Positions 13,501-28,114 of a stretch of 64,000 nucleotides of DNA are shown one piece after another. The position numbers were made by a program, and so were the translations under genes. Every line of letters starts with the position of its first letter. The first letter of the stretch is position 1. Source of the DNA: Octopus sinensis (taxonomy: Eukaryota); assembly GCF_006345805.1 (NCBI RefSeq), contig NC_042999.1:121334001-121398000 (forward strand), read 5' to 3'. The notes beneath the pieces were generated by a model. It saw nothing but the letters and a program-made list of their open reading frames with translations, searched no databases and had not been told where the DNA came from.

Positions 13501-14635
13501 AAAAGAATAGGAATTGTGAATCCTTTGGGATCAAAGTCACACTCTTTTTAAAGGGGGCTATAATTGATTAACTTGAACACAGTTAACTGTTACTTTCTTT
13601 TTACTGACTCAAGGAAGAATGAGAGTAACATTGGTTTCAGCAGGCTGCAAATTCAGAATGTAAAAGGATTTAAGAAAAGTATATAATCCAGCACTCACTC
13701 CTTAGGTTCTAATATTCACCACCCTCTTAATAATAATTTTTCCTTTATATACTAATTGATAATCTTTCAAAATATTTTCCATATAAAACAATCTACTTAT
13801 GCTAAGAATTTTAATAATACTATATATACTTCTCTATAAACTTATAGTGACAATAATATTACTAAGAAAATGCACATAAATTTTTTAAAATTGAATAAAA
13901 AATTTTCAAGTGCATTTCTTTAATTGAGTGTTATTTTCAAGTTTAATTTAATGAAGATATTATAACATATTTTCATTGTTATTCTTCGTTCCATACAAAG
14001 CTATTGTAGCAATTCCAGTTCTCACCTCAATTCAGATTTTACTACTTTGAATGTAACATCATCTACATAAAATTATCAAATATTTCAATTTTCCTTACAT
14101 GTATTTATGCTAAGGATATGTATATGAAGAAGTAATGAAACTGATTATTTAAAAAAACATAATTGAGAGAATCAAGGTAGCTTATTTAATAATCCAGTGT
14201 TATAATGAAATTATGAAAGCCATTTCTTAAGCATAAGAAAATATTAGAAACTTTTTCACATTTTCACTGACTAATAATGGTCTGTAAGAAGGAACATTTA
14301 TTTGCTTTTATTTTGAGAGAATCACCAAATCATAAAGAAGAAAGCAGATGCTAGGAGAGGTTGATAAACTGACTATTGTTTGATCATAGATAAAGATTTG
14401 AAATTCTTACACATAACAGATTGTTATGCTCATAGGAAATGAAAGAAAAGAAAGAAAACAACTTTACAATGTTTACTATGTCTATAGTATTGTTTAAGAT
14501 AAGCATGAGACTAAATTTTGAGAACTATTCTTGTGAGAAACAAAACAACAAAACAGGAACAAAAAAAAAGGGAATAAAAGAAAGAAATTAACTTGATTGT
14601 AACTTTATAGGAAATATAAATCTTAAGAAACTTAC

Positions 14636-14797
14636 GTTATTTTAATGTTCTACAACCAAAAGACAAATTATAAATAACATTCACTGGTTTGAGACAGATG
14701 TTTGCTTGACCCTTTGCAATCAGCCATCCATCATCATATAATCAATTCTATTGAATTTAGATGAAGAAATGGATGATTTCATCTCCCTTCTTGACAT
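14636..14797 (-). pseudogene. Decayed 162-nt exon-like segment (DVKKGDEIIHFFI*IQ*N*LYDDGWLIAKGQANICLKPVNVIYNLSFGCRTLK*)
   Basis: ttattgttcag acceptor and perfect gtaagt donor, length a multiple of 3, but with in-frame stops. Confidence 0.35.
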
Positions 14798-16699
14798 CTG
14801 AACAATAACTATGAATAGGAATTAAAATTGAAAGTTTTATTAAAAGACAATGCAATGCCAGTGACATCATAAATCAGGGAAGTCAAATTTGTTTGGGTTT
14901 GTGGTTTGGACTGAACTCAGAACTAGATCTCATGGGTGAGATAGAGATTATTACTCCCCAAAGCCTTATTTGTAATGTATCACCAATGTAAGTGGATAAA
15001 GGGGTCAATATACATTAAAAAGTTATCAACAGTAAAGAACAGAATATGAGGAGTTAGCAAAGTTTGTGTGTACAGTTTCTGGGAAAATTACATCTATATG
15101 GCATACATGCAGTCCTATGAAATAAGAGATCTTACAGTTATCCAAATGAATGCATAGATGAAACTTTCATATAAACAATATGAAGTGCTGTAGTTTTATA
15201 AATGATACAAAAGAATAACAGTTTCATTCTTCTGCTTAAAAGACTAAGTACAATAATCACTACACTATGAAAGCATTAATATTATATTCAAAGACAAATG
15301 CTTGATATAAAATTTGCACTGTCTCAGCTGCCAAATCCATTCAGTATTATTCATATTTCTAGAATCCATTCAAATGAACATATGCATAAATTTGAAGGGA
15401 AAAAATCTTGCTTGGCTTGGTTTTTATAGACAAAGTGAGGCGGAAATAGGTCACGTCTTTTGGTATATGGATTCAGAAGTTTCTTTTTTCATATTGTTTG
15501 AGATAAAAAGATTTCTAAAGGTGCACTTATTTAACTAATTAGAACTGAAATTAATCACAAGTTTAGTGAGGCAGTGACTCAGAATGCATGCTAGTGATAT
15601 ATATTTTACAGAATATTTTTAATATGAAAAATATCTTAATTTATTAAATTGAGCTAGAGACCACACAAAACATTGCTGCATATATATCACAAGCTATATG
15701 TTTCACATCCATATTATAAACAAATGCAGCTAGTTTTGCCCCCCACCCCTGCCCTCGTCTCTCTCTAGATATTAAATTGGATATAATAGATGAGACTTTC
15801 ACATAAACAATATGAATTGTGATACTTTTGCAAATGATACAAAAGAGCAACAATTTCTCCAGTTTAAAAACAAGTACAATAACCACTGCACTATGAAAAA
15901 CTAATATACATTCAAATTTAGCATACAAGCATTTATTTTAACTTACTTAGAATTGAATGAATATAACAATTCATTTACTCAATAAACAAACTCCACAAGG
16001 GTTAGATGCTATCTCTTACCACGGTCGAACAATGATGATGATCTCTTACTGTCTTGATATTCAATGTTTAGACAAGAATTGCATTGTTATTTAATGTACA
16101 GATGAAAATTGATTTCAAGAAACATAACAAAGAAGTGTGTTGTTTGATTCCTTGAGGGAAAGCCAGATTTTTTTTTTTCCCTGAATGTAACTTATCTATT
16201 CCTACTTTGTATTTAAATCTTTCTGCAATTACCTAGTAAACCAAGTCAAATTTCAACGAAGAAATTTGGTCAAAAGGTTGGCATGCCATATTATTGTAAT
16301 GGTTGCGTAAATTACAAGATTAGCAGTTTTGAATTTGCTTCAATTATATGGCATCATAAACAACGTTTTACTAGAATAGCTCATCAGAAAATCTAGAGTT
16401 TTAGAAGTTATATTAATGACCACTGAATAGAGACAGGTTCTTAATGACAGTTTCTATCATCTTTGACATTCAAGAAATCAAATCAATACAGCAGCAGTTA
16501 ATGGGAGCAGAAGGATCATAATTGTGTACCATTATACATTTCTAAACAGATGCCCAGGAATATAAGAGTAGTTGTGACTTTGAGTCACAGTTAATGTGAA
16601 AATAAGCTTGTAAATAATGTTAAGAGAAAAAAATCTGCTAATTTATTTAATAGCTGGGAAAATTAAGGAAGGGAAAAGTGGAATTTAAACTAAATAAGA

Positions 16700-18330
16700 T
16701 ACCTGGTATTGAAACACAGAAAGTGTTGTTGAGTGGTTCCAGTTTAACTCTGATGTTATAACAATAGGGTAAGCTAACTATATGCAATGTGCATTTTCTT
16801 CGGGTGTACTATATCTCTCTTTAGGTGAGAACCATCAATACACTATAATACGCAGTGATGAAACGTATGGAGTGCAATGTAACAGTCAGAAGATGTTAAC
16901 TTGTCACTTTTCTGTTTATTTTTGAATGTTACAGGATCTGGCTGGATACAGATGTGGGCAAGATGAACTGATGAACTTAGAACACCAAAGCAGCATCTCT
17001 TCTACATCTACAATTCAATATGTGCTTCCCACCACAATGTTTGTGGTTAATAGGGTACTAATGCTACATCCATTTCTGTGTGTGTGTGCTTTTGTGATTG
17101 CTTAAAGTAAACAGTGAAATGGTGATTTTTATGGTAGTATTGCAGTAGTTTTCAGAGGTGCTGTGGATATACTGGTGGAAGTTAAGTGATTTTTGCAAGT
17201 ACTAACAGTTTGGAGTTTGTTCTCTAGTTTTGTTTCATTGGTATTCATTGTTCAGTGGTTTATAAGTATGGTTTATGTACAAATAATGATGGTGTAAAGT
17301 AAACTATTTGTGCCATTTTCACTTTATTGTGATTTGTTGTAAGATGACTAGAGACCCAAACAGTGGCATAATCCATTATGGAACCAATGTATTGCTTGTT
17401 AGTCAAATGTGGGTCCTAATTATGTTTGTACATGTCTGTAGGTTTTGCTTTCTTTATAACTTCATCCACACAATTTTGTCATTTTCATATATTATATATG
17501 GCTTTAGATGTAATGGTGTCTCTTGTTTTAGAAGAGACAACACAGCTGATATGCCAAAAACTACCTAAATCAGGTTTTGCACCATGTTTCTTGGTGGCTG
17601 AAGTATAGTAGAAAGACGTGTGTGTGTGTGTGTGTGTGCGTGTGTGTGAGAGAGAGAGAGATGTCATCTGCATATGAGGTTGTGTTTATGCTTGGAGTGG
17701 GTGTAGGAAAGTGATATAAATATATGTTGAAAAGGGTGGATATGACAAAAACCCTTGCATTCCATGAGGCAAGTCCTGATCAGCTGAGAGGCTGTGTGTT
17801 AACTGATGCATTGTATTGTCTCTTATGTAAATGTACAGTATTGTATGCATTATTAGATAGCAAGGAACAGTAACAACTTTGCTAGTCTTAATGATAGCTT
17901 GTGTGAGAGATTTTTTGTTGTTGAAGCTGCCACATGTCTGCCTTTTTATTATGTTCATCAGAGGTATGGTTGGTCTAAATCTGTTGCACGATTGATCTGG
18001 GGGAAGAGAATGAATGGTTATGACCAGCCCTTCTAGAATTTCTAATGGCATGTATATATAGATGATGGTTCTGCAACATCCTTTACTTGGACTTTTTGAT
18101 ACATATGATTTTGCCCATCTTACAGATACTTGGAACTTGACAATGTTTGTCAGGTAATTAAGTGAGCAGAGTACTAGGTGATGTCTTTATTGGTGTTGCT
18201 AAGAGTCAATCAAGTTGATAATATAAATTGACTAAATTTATTTGATTTAATGGGATTACATATGACTACATTCAGATAGAGGGAACTTCTTTTTATTTTG
18301 CATAAAAACTATCTTTATACGTCAAAGTGT
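16700..18330 (-). mobile_element. Penelope-like element (RT + GIY-YIG), decayed, interrupted by a (GT)n(GA)n microsatellite
   Basis: Degenerate RT motif traces (SF..KSL, G.PMG-like) in ORF 17686..18051 and YIG-like trace near 16830. Confidence 0.5.
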
Positions 18331-20309
18331 CAATGACTATGATATTCCTGTAATAAATAAGATAGAGTAACAATCAAATGAAAGAGAGCTGATGAAAGTG
18401 GCTTACTATCTAAAGCTGTAAGGTACTTGTGAGTTGGATAGATCTAAAATGAATTGCCAATATAGAAGTTACCAGTTTGTAACTTAGATTAAGATACTAG
18501 TTGCTTCTTTAAATAAATGATTTTGTTATGGTTAACCACTGACATAGAATAAAGACACTAATTACAAATTATAGAATTCCTCCTTGAATAGGATTTCTTG
18601 CCCCTTCCTAGAAGTATGAAATGACATTTTAAGGGCAGTAGCAAAGAACATGTATACTGCAAATAACTGTTATATTAAAAGCACCAAAAGCTTTATACCA
18701 AAAAAATTTATATAGTAAGATTTAATCCTTAGGTTGCAGATTACACCAACTGTTGATCTACTAAATATCATATCATATGAATATCATTTATTGAAAATAA
18801 GAATGGAAAATGCTAATTGGCAACAGTAGACTATCTTCTGAAACAAAAATATGTTCAATTCTTGCTTCACCAGTGAGCCTTAGTGATATTGTTTTACAAC
18901 ACCCAGGTTGTGTCCTGATCAATGTCATTTTGACATTTTTATAGATAATTTTAGTGAGGTAAGGTGCTTAAATTTCAGTACATTTGATGAGAATAGTTAG
19001 AGCTTAAACAAATTTAAATATTTCATAGACAGGTTTAAAAAATTAAAACATTTGTTGCAGGCTCAAATATTTAATTCTTTTGGTTTATTTTGTCAGGTTT
19101 TTGCTAACTTAGATGCTGGAGTATAATCTTGTGATACAAAATATTCTACCAACTATGATTGTGATTTACATATTAATTTTGAATTAATTTGTATGTATTA
19201 TTTCAAACAATCAACTAAACTGCCACAGAGCAATAAACAATTTTTGTTTTATCTTTACAAAAAAAGCAAGGAAAATTAGTTCGTGATTTTTGCTTCAAAT
19301 ACATTTGAAGCAAATTATATTGCAATTACAGATGAATGGTTGAAATAGTAAATGAACGAAAAGAATCAAAAACCTGAACACATCAGCTGAGTTGCAGAGA
19401 ACATGAGGTAATGAGTGAAATACAGAACAAATGTACAATTTATGAATGTATGAATAACAGTTTATATGTTGGCATGTATATGTTTCTCTATGATGTGTGT
19501 ATTCACTGCATTTGTATGTTTGGTGTATCTTAAAGTGAAGAAAATGCTAAGGTTTATGTAAGAAAAAGAAAGCATATGAGCGAGTAGGAGAGAGAAATTG
19601 TGACACCTTAAAACAAGACTGAGACTAGCTGAAACCAGCCTAACAGCTGAGAATGTTTCACTGACTGTGTCATCTGAAACACAGACTGAGACACTTGGAA
19701 AGTGTTTGCTAGGTACAAGACTACACAAGGGGAGCAGAAGTTCTGCTTTTCTATTGAGGATTATTGAATAAAAATATCTTTTGATTATCTAATGACCTCT
19801 TTTAGATCAAAATGTAATAAAAATGATAGAGTAATAGAATTGTATGGAAAAGTAACCAATAGAAGTCACCATGTGAAATATTTTTAGCATCTAAATCAGT
19901 AGGGTGACAGAGTTGGATGGGAGACTTATAAGAAATTTCTGATATAAAAATTCCTTGTAACTTGCTTCTTTAAATAAATGACTTTGTTCATGGCTAAGGC
20001 TAAAGCAATTTTTATATGGCTCAAGTAGATCAAAGGATCATAGAAGGGTCAAATTACTTTTACCATGTATTTTGCTTGTGTATATAAAAGGACTGGCAAG
20101 ATAAATACTGTGTGCAGGTCTGAAATCACAAATGCCAACTTCAAATCCTGGCCAGCTACAGGTCTGTTTTATATCACACTATACGTCATTTGAATTTTAT
20201 TATATTTTTCTTGTTTCTTTGTTTTCTCCTAACATAAAGCTTGTCAAAATGGGTTCTATTAATAGGTAAATTAGTTGAAATTTTCTCTTTCTACTTCACA
20301 GATTCATTC

Positions 20310-20990
20310 TTCATCATGTCAAAAAAAAAACAACAACAATGAGAAAGAAATCGAGAAAAAAATGACTATAATGTGCTTTGGCTTCATTTGCACAACAGGA
20401 AATGATGGCTAGCAAAATCTCCAGTGTATTCTTGGTATCACTTGATTTTCTAAAAAAATATCTAGAGCTATTCCTACTTCAAAAGCACTCCAAGAACAAA
20501 GGATGGCAGAGCTGATGCTGAAGAACAAATGATGGGTCACTGAAAGTAAAAAATACTCATTTCCATTCTAGAAGAATTCATCCAAAGCTGGATTTCATTT
20601 CTGCTGAAAAACTACATTTTGATTCTTACTAAGTGGCATATTAGGTGATCAAGATACACCACACAATGGCAGACCTCAAGCCAAGCACGTTGAAAATGGG
20701 AACTATTGACCTAGGTCAAGGAATAAGAACAAAACCAAAACAAATGCTTCTATCAATAAGTGTTATTAACAACCAGCATCAGTGAGTTGAGTGAAAATAT
20801 TTTGGGCAAAGACAGCTCAAATGACAGAGATAGCCTTCTAAACATCTCTTTTCAAATGGATGCATAAATTGATATCTCCAGTTGTTGTTAACACAGTGAG
20901 ATATATTAATGATAGTACAGTGAACGAAACTTTCCAGTTTCAAAATCTGACATCAGACACAACTGCAAAGGATATAATGCATTGATAAAA
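20310..20990 (+). mobile_element. hAT Charlie/Buster (ZBED5-like) transposase fragment, decayed
   Basis: CFGFICTTGNDG*QNLQCIL; SY*VAY*VIKIHHTMADLKP; ISFQMDA*IDISSC; VRYIND; TTAKDI in the order of the Buster/Charlie consensus. Confidence 0.8.
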
Positions 20991-22261
20991 CGTTTTTTTA
21001 CCAAACATAATTTAAGTATCAATGTCAATGATTCTGTGTGAACTGATGTGATATTGGCAATGCTTGAAAATAAATATAGCTTATCTGCACAGTTGAGACA
21101 AAAAACTTCAAAAGTTGCATGCTATCTACTGATTTGTATGTCAGCATGTTTTGGCATTAACAACATTTATTAAAAATTTCAAAACAGAATTTGACACATA
21201 TGTGGGTATTTTATTAATTCTTTTAAATTCTTGATTATTTTCAAAATTAATTGAAAAATACAGACAGTGTATTTTATAAAAATTATGGTCACAAAAGGAT
21301 TAAAGCACTAGCCCACTTTAGAGTACAGCAGTAAACATTTGTGCAATATATTACATGGTTAGATTGAACTCAGAACCATGTAACTGTGAATTTTACTACA
21401 GTGAAATGAAATGTGCCAAAAGAATTTTTTCTTTAACTCAACATGAGTCAATTCTTCTATATTATAATTGTAAGCATTTCTATACATAAAATTCAGAAAC
21501 CTTTTGAGAAAAAATTCTATGAAAATATAGCTTTAGATATAAGCCTTCTGAAACGGGTATTGTCTTTTAAAAGCAATAATCAAGGGATATTTCAACCACT
21601 TCTTAAGGGAATATATTTTAAAATAAACAACATAATTACAGACAATTATAACTCAATAAAAAGATATTTTTTACACTAAATTAATTCTTCAGTATTGTAT
21701 AATAAAAATATTCTGTATTCTAACTTTATAATCATAGTTGAACTATTTTTAGTTCAACTTAAAACAAAGATAACTTATTCATATTTTCATTTCACATAAA
21801 TAAATTGGTTAAACTCTTCTCTTACAATAAGTAAAATTTTACACAACATAGCACACAAAATTTGAACTGACATAATGTAAGTTAACTAGAAATTTTAATA
21901 GTCTCATAATCATCATTGTGTAACGTCTGATACCCCTCCTAATGCCAACCACTCCACCAAGTATACTGGATGCTTTTTATGTGATACCATCACGGGTGCT
22001 TTTAAGTGGCACCAGTGCTTTTACATCTTACTACTATGCAGCTTAACAATTCATACACATAATACAATCTACCCTTCACTCAGTGAGAGAGAGAACTTTG
22101 GTTGCCAACAGAGGTAAGAGCTCTCTGAACTTTCTCCGTCCTATTCTTATTCTAGAATATACAATAATTATCAAAAAGGATGTCTGTGCAGATTTCAATT
22201 CTCCTTAAAGCAATGTTAACCTAAAATTCATTTCAGCCAATATACTATTGTTGTTGTTTCA

Positions 22262-22299
<38 letters not shown>

Positions 22300-22313
22300 G
22301 ACGCACACAAATA

Positions 22314-22375
<62 letters not shown>

Positions 22376-23329
22376 GGCAGGGCTGGCCTGCTAGGTAGCC
22401 GGCCGAATGCTAGAAAGAGATCATCAACGATCAAACTACAAGGGAAATTCTCTTGATAATTAATATTAATTTATCTCCCTCATTACTTATATATATATAT
22501 ATATGACGCACACAAATATGTCTACACACATATATACATATTAATATACCTACATATATAACATCATACATGTATATGCATATATATTTACACATGTATA
22601 TGGCAAGGATATGATTAAAATGCATGCAGGAAAAGAGCCATGGATTGGGAGTCTTAGTATTTTAAGGAGTGTGAAACTACCTCTTAGCCACTATTGCTAA
22701 TAGTAGCTAAGAGGTGGTTCCAAGTCATGCTAATTATTCCACAGATTGGATCTGAAATATGCTACTAGTCCATGTCAGAATAAACCTATTAACAATAGGT
22801 CTACTCTGACTTTGGGTAATAGCATACTTCAGGATCCCAGCTATGGGTCAATAAGCATGTTTTGGAATTGTCTTCAGAAAACAGTTACTCACAAATACCC
22901 CATCAGACCTAGGGAAGATGAGTCCCTTTAGCTGTTCATCTGAGATGAAGCAATGCAATACACATCTTGCATCCCAATAAATGCTGGTCTCTTAGTGCTT
23001 GTTGAAGAGATCAATGCAAGTTTGAAAGGAGAGAGAGTGAAACTTACATTCCATAAATCAAGTTTACTATAAGAATATTCACTGAGCATGTTGCTCAATA
23101 TATCAAGACACCAGCAGAAAGTACTGTGTAGTTGTGTCTTGTTGAACTTTCAATTGTTCAAGGGATGAGAGTCCATGACCACACATTCAGACACACACAA
23201 ATATTTGCATATGTATATGTACATAAATATATATACACACAGGTAATATCACTGCATATCTCTCATGAATATCACTGCATATCACTCCCATCTTTGTTTC
23301 AGGGAGTAGAGTTGTAGTTTTTTCAGTCT

Positions 23330-24560
23330 CTTCCAGTAGTTCAGCTATTCCTCAAGTTCTGCTATTAATTTGACACTGTGTTGTGACTACAGTTGAGAGC
23401 AATAGTCCAGATGGCTGAGGACAAATGTATTCTATAGAACCAGCATAGTTTTCTGGTCCCTTGTTCTGAAAGGTTTCAGAATCCATCCAGCCATTCACTT
23501 GCATATTGCCCCCATTTGCTAATATGCATGTGAAAGGAGGTGTCATTGCTCAAATCAAATCTCAGATCACACACTCTACTTGACTCTAGGATTGCTGCTC
23601 TTTCTAGTTCAAAGTATCTTTATTGCAGCTAGTTGATAGTAGAGGGTTTAGAATTTTCCTGTATCAAATTGCAAGTTGCTTTCTTCAGTCCATTTACATA
23701 TGGCATGTAGGTCCTTCTGTAGAAGATTAGCCTCAAAGGGTTCCTTAACTGCTTGTACTATTTTTGTGTTATTGACACAGCTAGTAAGTGTGGATGTGTG
23801 TGTAACTGATGGCTATAGCATGTCCAAAAGAATTACCATAAACAACAGCAGCCCCCAAGACAGTTCTCTGAAGCACTCCGCTCGCTATTACTGTCTCCTG
23901 AGAGAAGGTCTTATTTATTTCCACAGCCTGGTTTCTCAGTTTTCTGACTATATTGAGTCTCTATAGCTTGTGACTTATCATTCCATGATTGGCCTTATCA
24001 AAGGGCTTTACAAAATCAAGATATATCACATCCATGTTTGAGTGATTCATTAGTGGTTTTAGTGGTTTTAATGATGTAGGAGCTGTGTAAGGCAGCTTCT
24101 TCCTGATTGGAAGCCATGCTGGGTGCCAGGGAACAAGTCCTTATGTCCTAGGATGGTGATCAGCTTTCTCCTGACAATATATTCCATGACTTTGCAGACA
24201 TGTGAGTTTAGAGAGACAAGCATGTAATTTTTACATGCTCCTCCTTTGTGGATAGAACATCTTATACCTTCCATTAAATTTCTGGGTAGTCTCCCAGTTG
24301 CAAGGAAGCTTTGGAAGAGTATCTGTAGTGGTCTTATTAGAGTCTCTTTGCATTTCTTTCAGAGAATTGCTGGAAATCCACAGGCCTGAGCTGGGTTTAA
24401 TCTCATTTCATTAATGACTGACATTACATCAGTTTCCACTATTTTGATGTAATAAAAAATTGTCATCTTTTGTGTAGAGCTGTGGTAACAAAGAATTCAT
24501 GCCCTCCCTTTTTCATGAGAATGTCTGAGCTCACTTTCAAATTGAAGCAATGTTTGTTTA
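23330..24560 (-). mobile_element. CR1/L2-type LINE reverse transcriptase fragment
   Basis: ORF 24068..24274 IHKGG..NY..VSLNSHVCKVME...QHGFQSGRSCLTQLL, followed by DVIYLDFVKPFDK. Confidence 0.85.
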
Positions 24561-25879
24561 AGAAAGAATACGTTGCTATCCTTCAGTGGCCAATTTAGAT
24601 GGTTTGAGATCTTTGCTCATCATCACTGCAATGCTTGAAGCAAATTACAGTACTCTTTTATTATCTAACATTTCTAATTCTTTGATGACGGAGTTTCACC
24701 TCTATAACTGAAAGACTGGTAAAACTGATTTATCATTCTTTAGTTATATGCATTAATGTTAAAGATGATCTTATAAATATCACAGAATCTGAAAAGTTTC
24801 TTCTTGTAGACAATAAAAAGAATTGGTTTATGAACACATGCCTTGACAGTATCAATCCTTAGTATCAATACAAGAAACTTATTTAAAATAATATATGATG
24901 TGTAACAAGCCAGTTGATTACTTTCAATAGATCAGATCAAGATTCTCTTAAATCATAACTATTCATAAACACTGGCTTCAGTAGCATGACAAAATCATCA
25001 GAATATCCAAATTAACATGGATTGTGTGTTGATCATTACTCATTTACAATATATACATCATCAACATTAATGAACTAGAAATAAGAGAGCAAAATAATAA
25101 AATCTAAGAATAATTAATCTCGTTTGTCTACTTTCCAAATTCAAATCCTGTTGAAATTGATTTTGCCTTTCATTTTTTTCACAGATTCAGCAATGCATGG
25201 TTTAGAACTTTCTTTTTAATCAACTATACATTCCTTCCAAGAAGACTTTACTCTTTTATTTCATGAGAAAATCAATATTTAGTAAGCAACTAGTTAGTTA
25301 AAATTACAAATATACGATGTAATCCAAAAGTCTAACAGATTATACTGCCAATACATATGATATCAGTTGAATTTTGATTTCAAAGATATAAATGAAAATA
25401 TTCTTTTATACAGAGCATTTCCTAAGCATAAATTTTGTTTTGTTACCACGTGATGCAGCTGACCAACACTCTGACACAACTTCTAGCATGAATTATAGAA
25501 AAGTAGGTAACAAATATAAATGTTACTGATTCCAACCTTGTATTATCATCACAAAACAATCCTCATGTAAAATTAATATGTAGTATCCATAAAAATGTAT
25601 TTTTGGTTTCTATATTTGTTTTTACTGGCTGCCATCCCAAATTAATATATTTTCTCTGAAAATTGTTGGCTGATGTCAGATGGAAGTTCCAAATGTATAA
25701 TTTACAAGGATAAAGCATAGATGGTTGTCTAGCAATATTCAATGAATTGTGATTTCAAATTTAAAGAAATACTTTTTTTTTATTTTTAGAAAGCAGTCAA
25801 TAGAAATGACAGGAAAAGGAACTATGAAGATGTGTATATACATATATACATGTGTGTGTGTGTGTGTGTGCGTGCATGT

Positions 25880-25911
<32 letters not shown>

Positions 25912-27086
25912 TGTGTGTGTGTGTGTGTGTATCCATATTTATATCCATATAATATATATGGATATATGTGCATGCTTTTGTGTCTGTGTGTGCTCCAAAC
26001 AAATATAAATGCATGTCCAGGAACATAAGAATTTAATCAATATCACATATGTGTGTTAATTTTGAATAGTATTAACATCAGGGGCATAAACATTGATCTA
26101 AAAATATAATATCAAAAGAGAAAAGTGATATATGTTTCATTTACTTTGTATAATTATTATGAATATAATATTCACTTGATCAATGAAATTTTTATGTTGA
26201 AATCATAAGTTCTACACAGTAACTGAATATGTTAGACCAATGTGATTGAAGAAAGTACAATAACTGAAAATAAATTTCATCACCCAATTGCCATTATCAC
26301 AAATATCTCATTTGTAAACTAAAATAAATATTTAAATTTTGTTACACAATACACATTATATTTCAGCAGCTTTACATTTCAGCTAGAACAGATGATTTAA
26401 AACTAATTTCAATTCAATTTTCATTCAAATTTTTGAAACGTGTCCATTGAATTCATAGAAAGAAAGACTGTTATATGTATAAATATAAAGGAGGATACAT
26501 TAAAAAATTCTAAACAATATAATAGGACAAATTCTACAATTGTTCACAAATGTGAAGCCTACCAAATATGATTTGTAGTTTTATTTTCATAGAATTGCTG
26601 AAATAGATGACAGTGTAATGCACTGAGATAAGTAGATAAGATTAGCACTAATAGTTGTCCACTCTCACAACACAACCGAGATATTCAAGCTATTAACTTC
26701 ATACCAGTTTCTCAAGCTGAACTTTAAGTATAATAATCTGCTTCTAAATAAAATAACAAAAAGTAAATATTTCCCCAAATGATAAATGTGGGAACAATTT
26801 AAATATAAAACTTTAAAAAAGATTAATTTCTGTAATTCCATGATAACTTACACACACATATAACAAAGAATGATTGAGATGCCACCTCATTGATTATTCA
26901 ATGCCTGACAATGCTACACAACTGCAACAATTACTAGGTTTGTTTAGTTAACAATTTAAATGATTATCTCCTTTCACAGAATTAATATACCCAATGCTAT
27001 TACAACCTACATTTCTATATCAATCAAAGACACTTAAATGCTATTCATCAACTTAAAATTTTAAAATCCACTTCCTTTTTTTTACC

Positions 27087-28114
27087 TGATTTTCTTGAAG
27101 TCTCACTATATGTTGAAAGCAATGCTTCTGGAACTAAAATCTCAGGCATACATTCACAGTAGAAGGTTGAGAAGAAACTGATCTACCTGCCTTCTCAGAA
27201 CACTTTCTCATTCTGAACAGAAATCCCTTGTAAATTGAAAAAGGGGCTCTGGCCATCACAAAAACCAATTGAAAATGGTGAACCTTTTTCATTATTCAAA
27301 ATACACAGCAACTAGCAATCCATCTCATTCATTTTTTTAGTTACAAAAGTAGAAGAAAAAATGAAAAACGACAAGATTTTTTTGTTGGTGGACTGAAGGT
27401 ATATATGTCAAAGAAACACACCTACCAGAAGCATCACTATAAAACTTAGAATTGCAAATTGGCACAAGCTTTTTTGTGTCATCTAGACATCACTCAATTA
27501 TAGTATCATGTCAGCTGAAAGAACATAACATTTTCCTTGAGAGATATTAAATCTTAAAACCTTGAATTTGGTTTGAATTTTTTCAAAACCAGAATCATAG
27601 TTCCTGCCAAACTTTTTGAATCCATTCAAACTCTGAGCATCTACATCATTGTTGACTTCAAAAGTTTACTGCCATTGTATAAGGCTTACTACCTGTTGAT
27701 TATAGAAATTAGTGAGCACTAAAGGTTTCCCTCCATGTTTGTGTGCTGGAATGTAGTAGTTGCTTTAATAATTTACTTTCTTCAAAATATATTCTCTGCA
27801 TTTGGTGCTCCAGTTTCAACCCACTCAAACCACAGATTCTAATTTATGTTTTTACCTTTTTGATTAAATGACGAATATTGCTCAAATCAAAACAGCTATC
27901 TTACTGACTGAACATCAAAACTGAATTCCTTGGAGAATAATAACAGTTGATTTTCATTATAAAAAATCTGCCAGAAAACAATGGTCGTGACATTTTAGAC
28001 GAATCAGTCCATGTGTTTATGTCTTTCCTTTGCACTGTAACAAACTAGATGCCTTAAGATAGTCTTTAACTCTCAGTATTTATCATCATCAGAAGTTTCA
28101 CCTAGAAGGCTATC
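27087..28114 (-). pseudogene. Decayed large exon-like segment inside the 24-kb intron
   Basis: Acceptor ttggttcag|AT (DSLLGETSDDDKY*E), ~85-codon frame with one stop (SNYYIPAHKHGGKPLVLTNFYNQQVVSLIQWQ*TFEVNNDVDAQSLNGFKKFGRNYDSGF...), donor-like TCAG|gtaaaa. Confidence 0.4.

Noticed and set aside
14636-28114. Idea that in-frame stops in the exon relics are repaired to Trp by A-to-I editing
   Set aside because: Multiple stops per segment, and frameshifts in the 27-28 kb segment, fit ordinary decay better
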